A DNA stretch of 64,000 nt from an uncultured Myxococcales bacterium (GTDB taxonomy: Bacteria; Myxococcota; Kuafuiibacteriia; Kuafuiibacteriales; Kuafuiibacteriaceae), in the NCBI GenBank assembly GCA_964463485.1, contig CAYXDO010000049.1, positions 1,889 through 65,888 on the forward strand. Direction: 5' to 3'. Position numbers and translations under genes: made by a program. Every line of letters starts with the position of its first letter. The stretch's first letter is position 1. Below the pieces are notes generated by a model. That model made no database searches, was not told the origin of the DNA, and saw nothing but the letters and a program-made list of their open reading frames with translations. Below, piece by piece: positions 17,895 through 30,919 of the stretch.

Positions 17895-19673
17895 GCGCAA
17901 TCCCTCCTGAAAAGATCGCCGAGGTCCGCGCCCGAGTAGACATCGGGCGCGTGATCGGGCGCTCCGTCGAGCTGAAAAAACAAGGCCGACGCCTCACCGG
18001 ACGCTGCCCTTTCCACGACGACACTAGCCCCTCCTTCTCGGTCGAGCCGACGCTGAAGCTCTATCACTGCTTCGGATGTGGCGTCGGCGGTGACGTGTTC
18101 GACTTCGTGATGCGCCGCGAAGGCGTCGACTTCCCCGAAGCTGTCCGCCTGCTCGCGCGGGAGTACGGGATCGATCTGCCTCAACGCCCGGAAACCCAAG
18201 AAGAACGCGAACGACGAACCCGCCGAAAGCTCCTCCTGCGCGTCAACGAGCTCGCCCGCGACTTCTTCGTCGACCAGCTTCGGCTCGACGATCGCGCCCG
18301 CCAGTACCTCGACGAACGCGGACTCACCCAAAACACCATCCAACGCTTCGCTTTGGGCTTCGCGCCCCCGGGCTTCTCGAACCTGGTCGACCACCTCGAG
18401 GCCCGCAACGTCCCCGCCGACCTCGCTACCGAGCTCGGCCTCCTCGGACCACGACAATCCGGCGGAAGTTACGATCGGATCCGCGGACGAATCGTGTTTC
18501 CGATCGTCGCCCCAGGCGGCGACGTCATCGGCTTCGGAGCTCGTCGCGCCGACTGGATCGACAGCGGCCCCGACGCTCCCAAATACGTCAACTCACCGGA
18601 GAGCCCGATCTACGACAAATCGTCCGTTTTCTATGGCCTGGATGTCGCTCGGGAACATATTCGGAGGTCGGGCTCGGCCGTGCTGGTCGAGGGCTACATG
18701 GACGTCCTAGGGCTTCAGCAAGCTGGAATCGCGACCGCGATCGCCTCGTGCGGCACTGCGCTCTCCCAGAAGCACGCGGAGATCCTCGCAAAACTCGCGA
18801 AGCGTGTCGTCACGTTGTACGACGCTGACGATGCCGGAGTCGCTGCCACGCGAAAGAGCGCCGAGCTGCTCCTCACCGTCGGGCTCGACGTGAAAGTCGC
18901 CCGCTTGCCAGAGGGCGAGGACCCCGACACCTTCGTCCTGAAGCACGGAAAGGACGCGATCAACACCGTGCTCGACGGCGCCCCGTCGGCCATCGATGCC
19001 TTCGTCGACGAAGCTCGAAAAAAACACGCCGGCGAAGGAATCGCGGGTGTGTCTCAGACCGTCTCCGAGGTTCGCCCGTTCCTCACCGCCATCAAGGACC
19101 CGCTGATCCGCGACGTCGCCATGGAGGTCACCGCCAAAAAACTAGGCCTCGAACCTCAGATCCTCCGGCGCAACCTCACCGATCCCAACCCCAAACCGTT
19201 GCGCCCGGAGACCTCGGATCGAAAGCCACAGTCAAAGGAGCCCCCTCCGCCAGCCCTAGAACGTGAAGTGCTCCGGCACGCTCTGATGGCTCCCGGACCC
19301 ACCATCGCCGAGATCGATCGCTTCGGCGCCACAGACGCCATCACCCACCCCGCAATCCAAACGGGCCTCGCGATGACACGCATCGCGCTCCGAGACGGCC
19401 GAGACGTCGACGCGACCACGGTGCTCCAAGCGCTGGCTTCGACCGATCCTGCGGCTGCAATTCTCCTGAGAGAAACCCTAATAAACGCTCCTCCCGAGCC
19501 GACCGTGCTCACGGATTGTTTGCTGAAACTCCTCGAAAAGTATAGGGACGCCGAGTTGCGGCGGATCGCCCGAGTCGTGGGCTCGGGGGTCGCCGATGCG
19601 GAAACGATCGCTCGCATCGAGCGTCTGAAAGATCGGATCCGCGAGCTCTCGCCCGCGAGAGGCAGAAGTCGCC

Positions 19674-19681
<8 letters not shown>
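17891..19681 (+). CDS. dnaG: DNA primase (probable CTG start at 17891; first GTG at 17951)
   Basis: CPFHDD...YHCFGCG zinc finger, [21 protein letters not shown] and YDADDAG. Confidence 0.95.
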
Positions 19682-22469
<2,788 letters not shown>

Positions 22470-22548
22470 ACCCGCGCCCGTCTCGGGTTGCCACCCAAGC
22501 CGTCGCGCGCTGGCGTGACGCCACGCCCTCCACTACACTTGGCTCGAA

Positions 22549-24867
22549 GTGCGCGCGTGTCCCAAATGCCGCTCCGTCTTCTCGGGCGAGATCGAGTTCT
22601 GCGGCATCGACGGCGAACGCCTGGTCAAAGCCGACACCGATCCGCTGATCGGATTCACCGTCGACCGCTACCAAGTGATCGAGCGCATCGGCGTGGGCGC
22701 CATGGGCTGCGTCTACCGCGCCAAACACGCCGTCATCGATCGTGAGTTCGCGGTGAAGGTCCTGTTCGGCGAGATGGCTTCGGACAAGAAGATCTCTCAG
22801 CGCTTCCGCAGAGAGGCGCAGGCGATCTCGCGCATGCGCCACCCCAACATCGTCAACATCACCGACTTCGGCACCTCCTCCGAAGGCCTCAGCTTCCTCG
22901 TCATGGAGCTGATCCAAGGCGCGACGTTGAAAGACGTAGTTCGCAGCGGACAACTCAAGGGTCAGCTCGAGCGCATCAAGAACATCACCCGCCAGATCTG
23001 CGAGGGGCTCGGGGAGGCGCACAGCCGCGGCCTCGTGCACCGAGACATGAAGCCCGGCAACGTGATGCTCGAAGCCGTCGGTACGCCGCGCGAGACCGTG
23101 AAGATCCTCGATTTCGGCATCGTCGGTCTGGCCGCGGACGGCGGCGAAGGGGACGAGCAAGCGCTCACGCACACCGGTGTCGCCCTAGGAACCCCCGCGT
23201 ACATGGCTCCCGAGCAAGCCCAGGGCGACAAAGTCGGTCCGCCCGCCGATTTCTACGCGCTCGGTGTGATCCTCTTCGAGATGCTGGCCGGAAGCGCTCC
23301 GTTCAAAGGCACGCTCAGCCAGGTGATGGTGCAACACATCTCGACGCCCCCACCGCCCCTGCCGCCGTCCGGCGGCCTGGAGCACATCGCCTTTCGCCTC
23401 CTCGAAAAGCTCCCCGCGAACCGAATCGGCACGGCCCAAGACCTCCTCGCCGTGATCGATAGCCTGCCCTTCCTTGGGCCACCGGGCACGGAGCCGATCG
23501 CACCCCCGCGCGCCCACTCAGGCACCGGAGCTTCGAACCCGGCCTTCGCTTCGAACCCGGCGTTCACTTCGAACCCATCGAACCCATCGGTTCGGCCACA
23601 AAACCTGCTCGCTTCCTCGCCGTCCCTCTCCCAAGTCCCTGGGTTGCCAAGCTACGGGCCCATCCCCACGGGCAGCACCACCAGCATTCCTGGGATCCCA
23701 GACGGACCCATGCTCTCCCCTGTCGCGAGCGTCCCCTCGCTGGGTGCCATTCAGATCCCGCCCGGCGGTCCGTCCGCCGGGTTGGCGTCGCCACCAGTCG
23801 GCGAAACGATGCTCGGACCCGCGGCCACCGGGCCCTCGCTGGGCGCGATTCCTCCGGCCCCTGCCTTCCTTCGAGACAACGTAGATTTCACGAGCTCCGA
23901 CCGCGCCACGCTCTCTCGTCAGGCCATCAAGACCAAGAGCTCGCTGCCTGCCATCCTCGGGATCGCGGCCGTACTCGGACTCGGCGTCGCCGCCGTGATC
24001 GCGCTGAAGCTCCGGCCAAACGACGAAGTCACGATCACCGCTGCACCCGACCCTGAAAGAGCTCCCCCAGATCGCGCGACACCGCCCCCACCGCCGCCTC
24101 CCCTCGCGCCGGTGAGTACGCCCGATGCCGCTGTGAGTGTCGTCAAGGCGCCCGAAACTCCTGCCAAGGCGCCCGACGTCGCCCCGACTCTGAAACCGCC
24201 GAAGAGTCCGATTGTCGCACCCATCACCAAGTTACCACCCACGAAGCTCCCAGAGCCCGAGAAGCCCCCGAAGGCTAAGTCCCCCGAGCTGGAGTGGGAG
24301 GCCCCGAATCCTACGCCCGCAAGCAAAGCGGAGGAGCTCCTGGCGACCGGTACCGTCAAAGTGCGCGTCACCGCAGGCGGCGCCGACCTCTCCGCCAAGA
24401 TCTACGTCGACGGAAAGCTCGAGTCCAAGGCCCCCGCAACCCTGTCCCTCGGGGTCGGAGAGCACCTCGTCAAAATCGTGACCGATGACGGAACCGCCGC
24501 CGAAAGAAAGGTCTTCGTCCGACCCGGCTCCATGGAGTCGACCGTCTTCGAATTCACGGAGTACGACCCACCCACCGCTCACTCCGCTCCCAGAGCTCTC
24601 GCGCCAGCACCGGATCGTCGGTCCGTCGATGCGCCGAACGTTCGTACCCCTCATGATAATAACGACCGCTCTCACCCGCCAACTCGAGCGCTGTCGCCAC
24701 CCGAATCACCGCCGCAGCGCCCTCCTCGCTCGTCTTCATCCCACGCACGAGCACGGAACGCATGGGCCATGGCACCGCGCGCCAAATCTCCGAGCCAATC
24801 ACCCCCGGATGCACCGCATACGCACACACCTTGCTCGGATCGAGCCGCCTCGCGAGCTCCTTGGTGA
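22549..24867 (+). CDS. Ser/Thr protein kinase with Pro-rich linker, TM helix and PEGA domain
   Basis: IGVGAMG, HRDMKPGN, DFG, GTPAYMAPEQ; PEGA IYVDGK. The last ~100 codons overlap the convergent SDR gene. Confidence 0.9.
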   Translation: MRACPKCRSVFSGEIEFCGIDGERLVKADTDPLIGFTVDRYQVIERIGVGAMGCVYRAKHAVIDREFAVKVLFGEMASDKKISQRFRREAQAISRMRHPNIVNITDFGTSSEGLSFLVMELIQGATLKDVVRSGQLKGQLERIKNITRQICEGLGEAHSRGLVHRDMKPGNVMLEAVGTPRETVKILDFGIVGLAADGGEGDEQALTHTGVALGTPAYMAPEQAQGDKVGPPADFYALGVILFEMLAGSAPFKGTLSQVMVQHISTPPPPLPPSGGLEHIAFRLLEKLPANRIGTAQDLLAVIDSLPFLGPPGTEPIAPPRAHSGTGASNPAFASNPAFTSNPSNPSVRPQNLLASSPSLSQVPGLPSYGPIPTGSTTSIPGIPDGPMLSPVASVPSLGAIQIPPGGPSAGLASPPVGETMLGPAATGPSLGAIPPAPAFLRDNVDFTSSDRATLSRQAIKTKSSLPAILGIAAVLGLGVAAVIALKLRPNDEVTITAAPDPERAPPDRATPPPPPPPLAPVSTPDAAVSVVKAPETPAKAPDVAPTLKPPKSPIVAPITKLPPTKLPEPEKPPKAKSPELEWEAPNPTPASKAEELLATGTVKVRVTAGGADLSAKIYVDGKLESKAPATLSLGVGEHLVKIVTDDGTAAERKVFVRPGSMESTVFEFTEYDPPTAHSAPRALAPAPDRRSVDAPNVRTPHDNNDRSHPPTRALSPPESPPQRPPRSSSSHARARNAWAMAPRAKSPSQSPPDAPHTHTPCSDRAASRAPW

Positions 24868-25405
24868 ACAGCACGTTGCAGAACTTGGCGATCCGATACT
24901 CTCGCATCCCGCCAAGACCAAAATACAACCTCGCAGGCGTCCGAAGACGCTCGAAATCGAGGGCTCCGGCTCGGTAGTGGGTGTTGCTCGATACGTTGAC
25001 GATTCGAGCAGGCGGTGACAGCGCGTCCAGCAACAGGCGCGTGAACAGAAAATGCCCGAGATGATTGACGCCAAAAGTCAGCTCGGACCCATCCTTGGTC
25101 AACCCAGGCTGGCTCGCCAAACCGGCATTGTTGATCAGCACCGAAAACGCGCTCCCTAGCTTCAGCGCCTTGACCGCCTCGGCTGCCCGCCGGACCGACG
25201 CCAGCTCGGCTAAGTCGAGCTCGACGAAATCGGCCTGCCCACCTCGCTGCCGAATCGCTTGAAGCACCGGCCGAGTCTTCTCTTCCGATCGACAAGCCAG
25301 GACGACCCGGGCGCCCCGCGCGGCAAGGCCCTCCGCAACGCCGCGGCCGATTCCGGTGTTCGCTCCGGTAATGACGATCGCTTTACCTTCGAGATCCTTC
25401 GGCAT
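24554..25405 (-). CDS. Short-chain dehydrogenase/reductase (retinol-dehydrogenase-like)
   Basis: TGANTGIG, LINNAG, FGVNHLGHF, YRIAK, HPGVI. Start ATG at 25405. Confidence 0.9.
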   Translation of the reverse strand: MPKDLEGKAIVITGANTGIGRGVAEGLAARGARVVLACRSEEKTRPVLQAIRQRGGQADFVELDLAELASVRRAAEAVKALKLGSAFSVLINNAGLASQPGLTKDGSELTFGVNHLGHFLFTRLLLDALSPPARIVNVSSNTHYRAGALDFERLRTPARLYFGLGGMREYRIAKFCNVLFTKELARRLDPSKVCAYAVHPGVIGSEIWRAVPWPMRSVLVRGMKTSEEGAAAVIRVATALELAGESGRYYHEGYERSAHRRTDDPVLARELWERSERWVGRTP

Positions 25406-25437
25406 ACGAGACCAGATCTCCCGGCCCCGCCAGGAGG

Positions 25438-26025
25438 TCAACCGCCGAACCGATCCACCACCGCGCGGGCCTTGGGAAAGTACGCCTCCCGATGGTACCG
25501 ATCGAACTCGGCGAGCGTCGTCAACGACCGTGGGTCCTTCACCCGATCCAGAAAAAGCGTAGCGTTCAGGTGGTCGACCTCGTGTTGGTACGTGCCTGCG
25601 GAAATCCCACGAGCAACCCTGTCGACGGGCTGGCCGTCGCGGTCGAAACCCATGACCCGAATCTCGGCAAATCGCTCCACGAGGCCCCTCAAGTTGGGCA
25701 CGCTGAGGCAGCCTTCGTAATTCCCGAAAATCTCCGCCGTGAGCGGCGCAAGCACGGGGTTGATCAGCACGGTCAACGGTATGTCGGGCGCGTATGGGTA
25801 GCGCGCATTGGCGCGAACCTCGAGCACGCAAATTTGAACGCTCTCGTGGACCTGCGGAGCTGCAAGCCCCGCTCCCATCGCGTCCCGCATCGTGGCGATC
25901 ATGTCGTCGATCAGCTCTTGAATCGGAGCGCTGCGAATCTCCGAGATGGGTACGGGGTCGGCGACCCTTCGAAGAATCGGGTGCCCAATCTGCGCGATCT
26001 TTCGAATCGTCGGCGTGCGTTCCAC
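25438..26025 (-). CDS. def: Peptide deformylase
   Basis: GAGLAAPQ, EGCLS and QHEVDHL motifs. The start (GTG 26025) is inferred. Confidence 0.93.
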   Translation of the reverse strand: MERTPTIRKIAQIGHPILRRVADPVPISEIRSAPIQELIDDMIATMRDAMGAGLAAPQVHESVQICVLEVRANARYPYAPDIPLTVLINPVLAPLTAEIFGNYEGCLSVPNLRGLVERFAEIRVMGFDRDGQPVDRVARGISAGTYQHEVDHLNATLFLDRVKDPRSLTTLAEFDRYHREAYFPKARAVVDRFGG

Positions 26026-26106
26026 GATCGATTCTCTCGGCCGAGCCCCCACGGCTGTCAACCTCGCAGTCACCAGCACTCATCCCCTGCCAGGGACGAG
26101 CGGCCG

Positions 26107-26808
26107 ATGCGGAGCGTTCGAAATGGGTCCATCGTTCCCGCCGTGACACCGGTGCCCACGAGCGCTCTCCTCGTCCTCGCGACCTCGCTCGCCTGCGGGT
26201 CGAACCCAGCGGACGAGCCCTTGGACTCAGGGGCGAAAGCCGATGGATCGACCAACACCGACGCGAGCTCTCACCCCTGCGTTGCCTCCTTCGGCGACGA
26301 GCTCACCAACGGCTTCGGCCGGATCGACGGAACGCTCGTCGCCATCGTCGAGCCCACCGACACCGAATGCCCGCTCTTCAACGACGACCATCTCGTCCTC
26401 GAAGTCATGATGATGGGTAAAGTATATCGTATGGTCGTCAATATCGTGTCGGACGGTCGTAGTGGAACGGACACCCGAGTACGGCTCGCGGAGCTCGACC
26501 ACGACCTCCCTGGACCCCCTTGGGCCGAGGGTTGGCACACTGGACTCTCCCTGGACTACCCATCGACGCTCGGAGTGCATTCGTCGACGACCAGCTTCGT
26601 CCCCTTCGAAATGAGTGCCTTGGTCGAGCGCGTGGCGGACAACCTCGAGCTCGGCCAGCCGATGAGTGTGTATGCCTCGAGCCAAAACCGGCCCTCCGGC
26701 GCACACCTCGTACATCGGAATGGCGAGCGAGACGATGGCGCCATCGTTGCAAGCGCCTCGACCGCACCTCGGTTCCTGTTGTTCGCCTTCGACGGCCAAG
26801 TCTTCTGA
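26107..26808 (+). CDS. Hypothetical lipoprotein, possibly DUF2278/YukJ-like
   Basis: Lipobox SLAC; H...Y...VNI.S, LDY and GAHLVH...DDGA pattern. The family call is from memory only. Confidence 0.55.
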   Translation: MRSVRNGSIVPAVTPVPTSALLVLATSLACGSNPADEPLDSGAKADGSTNTDASSHPCVASFGDELTNGFGRIDGTLVAIVEPTDTECPLFNDDHLVLEVMMMGKVYRMVVNIVSDGRSGTDTRVRLAELDHDLPGPPWAEGWHTGLSLDYPSTLGVHSSTTSFVPFEMSALVERVADNLELGQPMSVYASSQNRPSGAHLVHRNGERDDGAIVASASTAPRFLLFAFDGQVF

Positions 26809-26821
26809 GCTGCCGTGTCTG

Positions 26822-27667
26822 CTACCCGATCACGCGGAGCTTCGGTGCCGCCAAGAAGCGAGCTTCGGGCTTCGGAGCTTCTCGAGCGGGACGAATGTCC
26901 GGCCCCCGAGCGCTCCACGCCGCCAGCAAGTCACGATCGAGCAAGTGGGTCGGCCGCACGTTGCGCAACGCATTGAGCATGATTTGACGAACATTCGGAT
27001 TCTGAGCCTCGAGGTCCGAGATCATCTTGGACATCGCGTCCCGCTGACTCTGTTGCGACCCGCAGAGATTACACGGGAGGATCGGGAAGGCCAAACGCCC
27101 AGCGAGCTCCGCGATGTCCGACTCGGCACACTCGATCAGCGGTCGGATCACCTCGAAGCGCCCGTCGTCGCTCCGGTACTTCGCAGGCATGGCCTGCATT
27201 TTCCCGGAAAAAAACAGATTCATCATGAACGTCTCGAGCGAGTCGTCTCGGTGGTGACCCAGCGCGATCTTGTTCATCCCGAGTCTCTCCGCCGCGGTGT
27301 ACAGTATGCCTCGACGCAACCGGGAACACATGGAGCAGTAAGATTTCCCTTCCTCGGTGTGTTCGACGACGACGGAATAGGTGTCCTCCTCGAGAAGCTC
27401 GAAGCGAAGCTCGGCTTGAGCTCCCAAGAACTCCACCAGACGCGCTCCATCATACCCGGGTTGTTTCTGGTCGAGGTGAACGGCCACGAGCTCGATCGAA
27501 AAAGGCAACCTTCGCTGAATCTTCCGGAGGACGTGTAACATCACGTGGCTGTCTTTGCCTCCGGAGAGGCAGACCATGACGCGGTCTCCTGGAGCGAGCA
27601 GTGAATAGTCGCGGCACGTGTGCTGAACCGATGAAATCAGCTTCTCTTCGAGAGTATCCCTGGGCAC
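26822..27667 (-). CDS. ttcA: tRNA 2-thiocytidine(32) synthetase
   Basis: PP-loop SGGKDS, CSMCSRLRRG, LGHHRDD, PCNLCGSQ. Confidence 0.95.
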   Translation of the reverse strand: MPRDTLEEKLISSVQHTCRDYSLLAPGDRVMVCLSGGKDSHVMLHVLRKIQRRLPFSIELVAVHLDQKQPGYDGARLVEFLGAQAELRFELLEEDTYSVVVEHTEEGKSYCSMCSRLRRGILYTAAERLGMNKIALGHHRDDSLETFMMNLFFSGKMQAMPAKYRSDDGRFEVIRPLIECAESDIAELAGRLAFPILPCNLCGSQQSQRDAMSKMISDLEAQNPNVRQIMLNALRNVRPTHLLDRDLLAAWSARGPDIRPAREAPKPEARFLAAPKLRVIG

Positions 27668-27847
27668 CAGACGACCCTATGCGAACGAGCCCACGAAAGA
27701 AAAGCAAGAAGTCGTCGCTCGCCGAAGTACCGAGACTGGAATTGCCGGGTGCCCGTCGTGCCCGTGCCCGATTCGAGACTTAGCAGGTCGAAAAAGGCTC
27801 CGAAACTCATGCCATGCCCGCGCTCGTGCCGGGGAAATACGCCTTCC

Positions 27848-28966
27848 TCACTGCACCCGCGCGACGATTCGAGCCATCCCCTCGTCGAGCTCATCGGGCC
27901 GGCCGATCAAGCTCACCACCACCCCGTGCTCCGCTCCGAACAAATAGCCTGGGTGGACCGCAACTCCGTCTCCCTCCACGAAGAGCAGCGCCCAATCTTC
28001 GTCACTCTCCGTCCTCGGCAAATCGACGAACGCGCTCCACCCCCCCTGCCGCCGCCGCGCTCGTAGCGGCGTCCCCGCGAGTCGCCGGTCCAGCATCTGG
28101 GCGTTTTGGCGAATCCGCGCCCGAAGCCCCTCCTGAAAAAACGGCGTCGCAGCCAAAATGGCCGGCAGCGCGAGCTGAATCCCCGTCGACACCGAAAGGT
28201 AAGTATCCGCGACGATCTCGAGTCTCGCGAGCGACTCACTCACCAGCTCCTCCGGACCTGAAATGACGATCCATCCCAGCTTGTGTTGAGGGAGCCCCGC
28301 GACCTTGCTGAGGCCGTTCAACGAAAACGTGAGTTGCTCCGAGCCAATCAGCGACGCCCGCCGATGCCCGCCGTTCTCTTCTACGTAGTCAGCAAAGACT
28401 TCGTCGCTGATGATCGCTCCGAGCTCTCCGAGCGATGCCCTCAGGTGACTCGTCTCTTCGGGGTCCAAAAGACTCCCGGTCGGGTTGTTAGGCGACACGA
28501 CGATCGCGACCTTGGCCGGCGAGACTGAGGTTCGGTCGAGGTACCACGTCCCGTCGTAACCAAGTGAGTACGGAGCCACCCGGACGTCGGACACTTCCGC
28601 GAGAAACTCGAACAGGGGATAACTCGGCTTGGGGATCGAGACGACCTCATCGACCTCGCACAACAACCGAAACAGGTAGCCATAAGCCTCGCTCGTCGAA
28701 GCCACGATCGCGACGCGCGCAGGGTCTACAGGAATCCCCCGGCGGTCGTAATACGCTGCGATGGCTTCTCGAGCGCTCGCGAGCCCGAGGGCTTGGGGCT
28801 CATAGGATCCCGTCGGAAGCGCGGCCGGCATCATCGATTGGTCGAGCCCCACCCGCGTCGGGTTGGACACGGTCAAATCGATGAAACCTGGGAGTTGCCG
28901 CCGCCTCGCGACGGCGATCGAAAGCCGATTGGGGTCGCGCCCCCAGGAGGTCCGACGAGTGAACAT
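27848..28966 (-). CDS. PLP-dependent aminotransferase class I/II
   Basis: SPNNPTG, SDEVF, LSKVAGLP (PLP lysine), PGYLF. Confidence 0.88.
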   Translation of the reverse strand: MFTRRTSWGRDPNRLSIAVARRRQLPGFIDLTVSNPTRVGLDQSMMPAALPTGSYEPQALGLASAREAIAAYYDRRGIPVDPARVAIVASTSEAYGYLFRLLCEVDEVVSIPKPSYPLFEFLAEVSDVRVAPYSLGYDGTWYLDRTSVSPAKVAIVVSPNNPTGSLLDPEETSHLRASLGELGAIISDEVFADYVEENGGHRRASLIGSEQLTFSLNGLSKVAGLPQHKLGWIVISGPEELVSESLARLEIVADTYLSVSTGIQLALPAILAATPFFQEGLRARIRQNAQMLDRRLAGTPLRARRRQGGWSAFVDLPRTESDEDWALLFVEGDGVAVHPGYLFGAEHGVVVSLIGRPDELDEGMARIVARVQ

Positions 28967-29022
28967 GCTCAGCGCCTTCGCGAGGCCGTTCCCCTCATTT
29001 CGGTCTCCTGTATGATGCCGCC

Positions 29023-30906
29023 GTGGCCGAGCAGGGCAACGTCTTTGGCTTCTACGTGCTGCTCAGGAGCCTCGGCAGCGGCGGCATGGGAGAAGTCTCG
29101 CTGGCCAAGCCGCTGGCCGAGAACTGCGGAATCCCAACGCCCGTCGTCGTCAAACGGCTGCACTCGGAGCTCGCCACTCATGAGCACTTCGTTCGCCGCT
29201 TCGAACACGAGGCCAAGATCGCCGCCGCGATCTCTCACTCGAACGTCGCCAAAGTCTATGACGCAGGGCGCGTCGACGACACGCTGTACCTCACGATGCA
29301 GTACATCGAGGGCTGGTCCGTCGCCAAAGTCCTCGAACATTTGAACGCCCGGCAACAACACGTCTCCATTCGTTCGATCGCCGACGTCGTCATCGGCGTC
29401 CTCAGAGGCACCGGATCGCTCCACAACGCCAAAGACGAGCAAGGCGTCTCGCTCGCGATCGTGCACCGCGACATTTGTCCCAAGAACGTGATGCTCGATC
29501 ACAACCGTGAGCCCTGCCTCATCGACTTCGGGCTCGGCAAGTCGAAGTATCAGGATTGGAAGACCCGCACCGGCACCGTCATGGGCACGCCCGGTTACAT
29601 GGCGCCAGAGCAAGTCCTCGCGGAACAGGTCGATCACCGCACAGACCTATACGCCTGCGGAATCATCCTCTGGGAGCTCCTCGCGTTGCGCCCGTATATC
29701 GATCGCGGGCCGCTCTCGGAGATGCTTCGAAAGTCTGCGCTTCCCGAGCCGAGACCGCTCTCCGCGATCCGTCCCGGCACTTCTGCCGAGCTCGAAGCCG
29801 TGGCGCTCAAGGCGCTCGCACGCGAAGCACCCGATCGATTCAACTCGGCTGAGGAGTTCATCGAGGCGCTCGACAAGACGGTCCCCCAAAAAGAGGAGCT
29901 CCCGACCATCGTCGATCTCATCGGCACTTCGTTCCAAACCGACCTCGACACGCTGCGCGGCGAGACCACCCGACTGATTCAAAACACCAAGCCGCGGTTT
30001 GGAACGACCAAGGCGATCAAGCCTCCGCCCGAGACCTTCGCCGTCCGCCCGGACGTCGCGATTGGAGATCTCCGCACGCGCTTCGAGGAAGCCGCGAAGG
30101 CCGAAGCGTTCGCGCCGTCGGCCTCCGACGCCTCCTACGAGACGATCATTCCGGACTCTGACGATCTCCTTTCGTCACCCACTCAGTCCGGAGAACGACC
30201 GAAGCCCGTCGTCGTTCCGCTTCCGGTCCCATTGGGCCGGGGCTCGACGCCCGCACCGGCGGCGTCGAGCAGCGCCTCGCTCGACGCGCGCGGACCAGTA
30301 GCCCTCGCCGCACCTGAGAAAAAATCGAAGACCGCCGCGATCGTCGCGCTCGTGTTCGCGGCCCTCGCCGCAACCTTCTTGCTCGGCCGCATCAGCGCAA
30401 GGCCCCCCGTGGATGTCGAAGCGGTCGCGCCCATGGAGCCCCCGCAGGTCGGTGCCAAGGGCCTCAAGCCCGATCCAACTCCGGAGCCCGTTGTCAGGCC
30501 CAGCTCCGATACGCCGCCGAACCCGAGCGCCACGCCCACAGCGCCCGGCCCGAGCGCGCCTCACCCCGTCACGGTCGCGCCTCCCTCAGACTCGACCAAA
30601 CCAACTCCGCGCCCCGCACCTTCGCCCATCACCAAGCCCCAAGCCGCTGAGCCGGTCGTCGAACCACCCGAACCGACCCCAACCGAACAACCTGCGCCCC
30701 CGCCTCCGCCCGCCGGCGACGATCTCGCCTCGCTCTCTTCGCGAGCCCAGACGCTCCTCTCCAGCGCGATTCAGCTGCAGAAATCATCGGCCGAACCCAA
30801 GAGATCAAAGCTGTTGGAGCTCATCGTGCGCATTCAGAGCGAGGTTTCCGCACCCAACCGAGATCGCCTCGATGGGTTGGCTCGAGAGCTCGAAGCACTC
30901 AAATGA
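29023..30906 (+). CDS. Ser/Thr protein kinase with TM helix, Pro-rich region and C-terminal helical domain
   Basis: LGSGGMG, HRDICPKN, DFG, GTPGYMAPEQ. Visibly paralogous to 3214-4836. Confidence 0.92.
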   Translation: MAEQGNVFGFYVLLRSLGSGGMGEVSLAKPLAENCGIPTPVVVKRLHSELATHEHFVRRFEHEAKIAAAISHSNVAKVYDAGRVDDTLYLTMQYIEGWSVAKVLEHLNARQQHVSIRSIADVVIGVLRGTGSLHNAKDEQGVSLAIVHRDICPKNVMLDHNREPCLIDFGLGKSKYQDWKTRTGTVMGTPGYMAPEQVLAEQVDHRTDLYACGIILWELLALRPYIDRGPLSEMLRKSALPEPRPLSAIRPGTSAELEAVALKALAREAPDRFNSAEEFIEALDKTVPQKEELPTIVDLIGTSFQTDLDTLRGETTRLIQNTKPRFGTTKAIKPPPETFAVRPDVAIGDLRTRFEEAAKAEAFAPSASDASYETIIPDSDDLLSSPTQSGERPKPVVVPLPVPLGRGSTPAPAASSSASLDARGPVALAAPEKKSKTAAIVALVFAALAATFLLGRISARPPVDVEAVAPMEPPQVGAKGLKPDPTPEPVVRPSSDTPPNPSATPTAPGPSAPHPVTVAPPSDSTKPTPRPAPSPITKPQAAEPVVEPPEPTPTEQPAPPPPPAGDDLASLSSRAQTLLSSAIQLQKSSAEPKRSKLLELIVRIQSEVSAPNRDRLDGLARELEALK

Positions 30907-30919
30907 GCCGAACGTATGA

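Noticed and set aside
23531-23590. 18-bp tandem repeats in the kinase (ASNPAF-ASNPAF-TSNPSNP)
   Set aside because: Ordinary low-complexity linker expansion.
25406-26149. N-terminal extension of the 24554-26149 ORF and of the 25492-26808 ORF
   Set aside because: These extensions overlap def. The real genes start at 25405 and about 26107.
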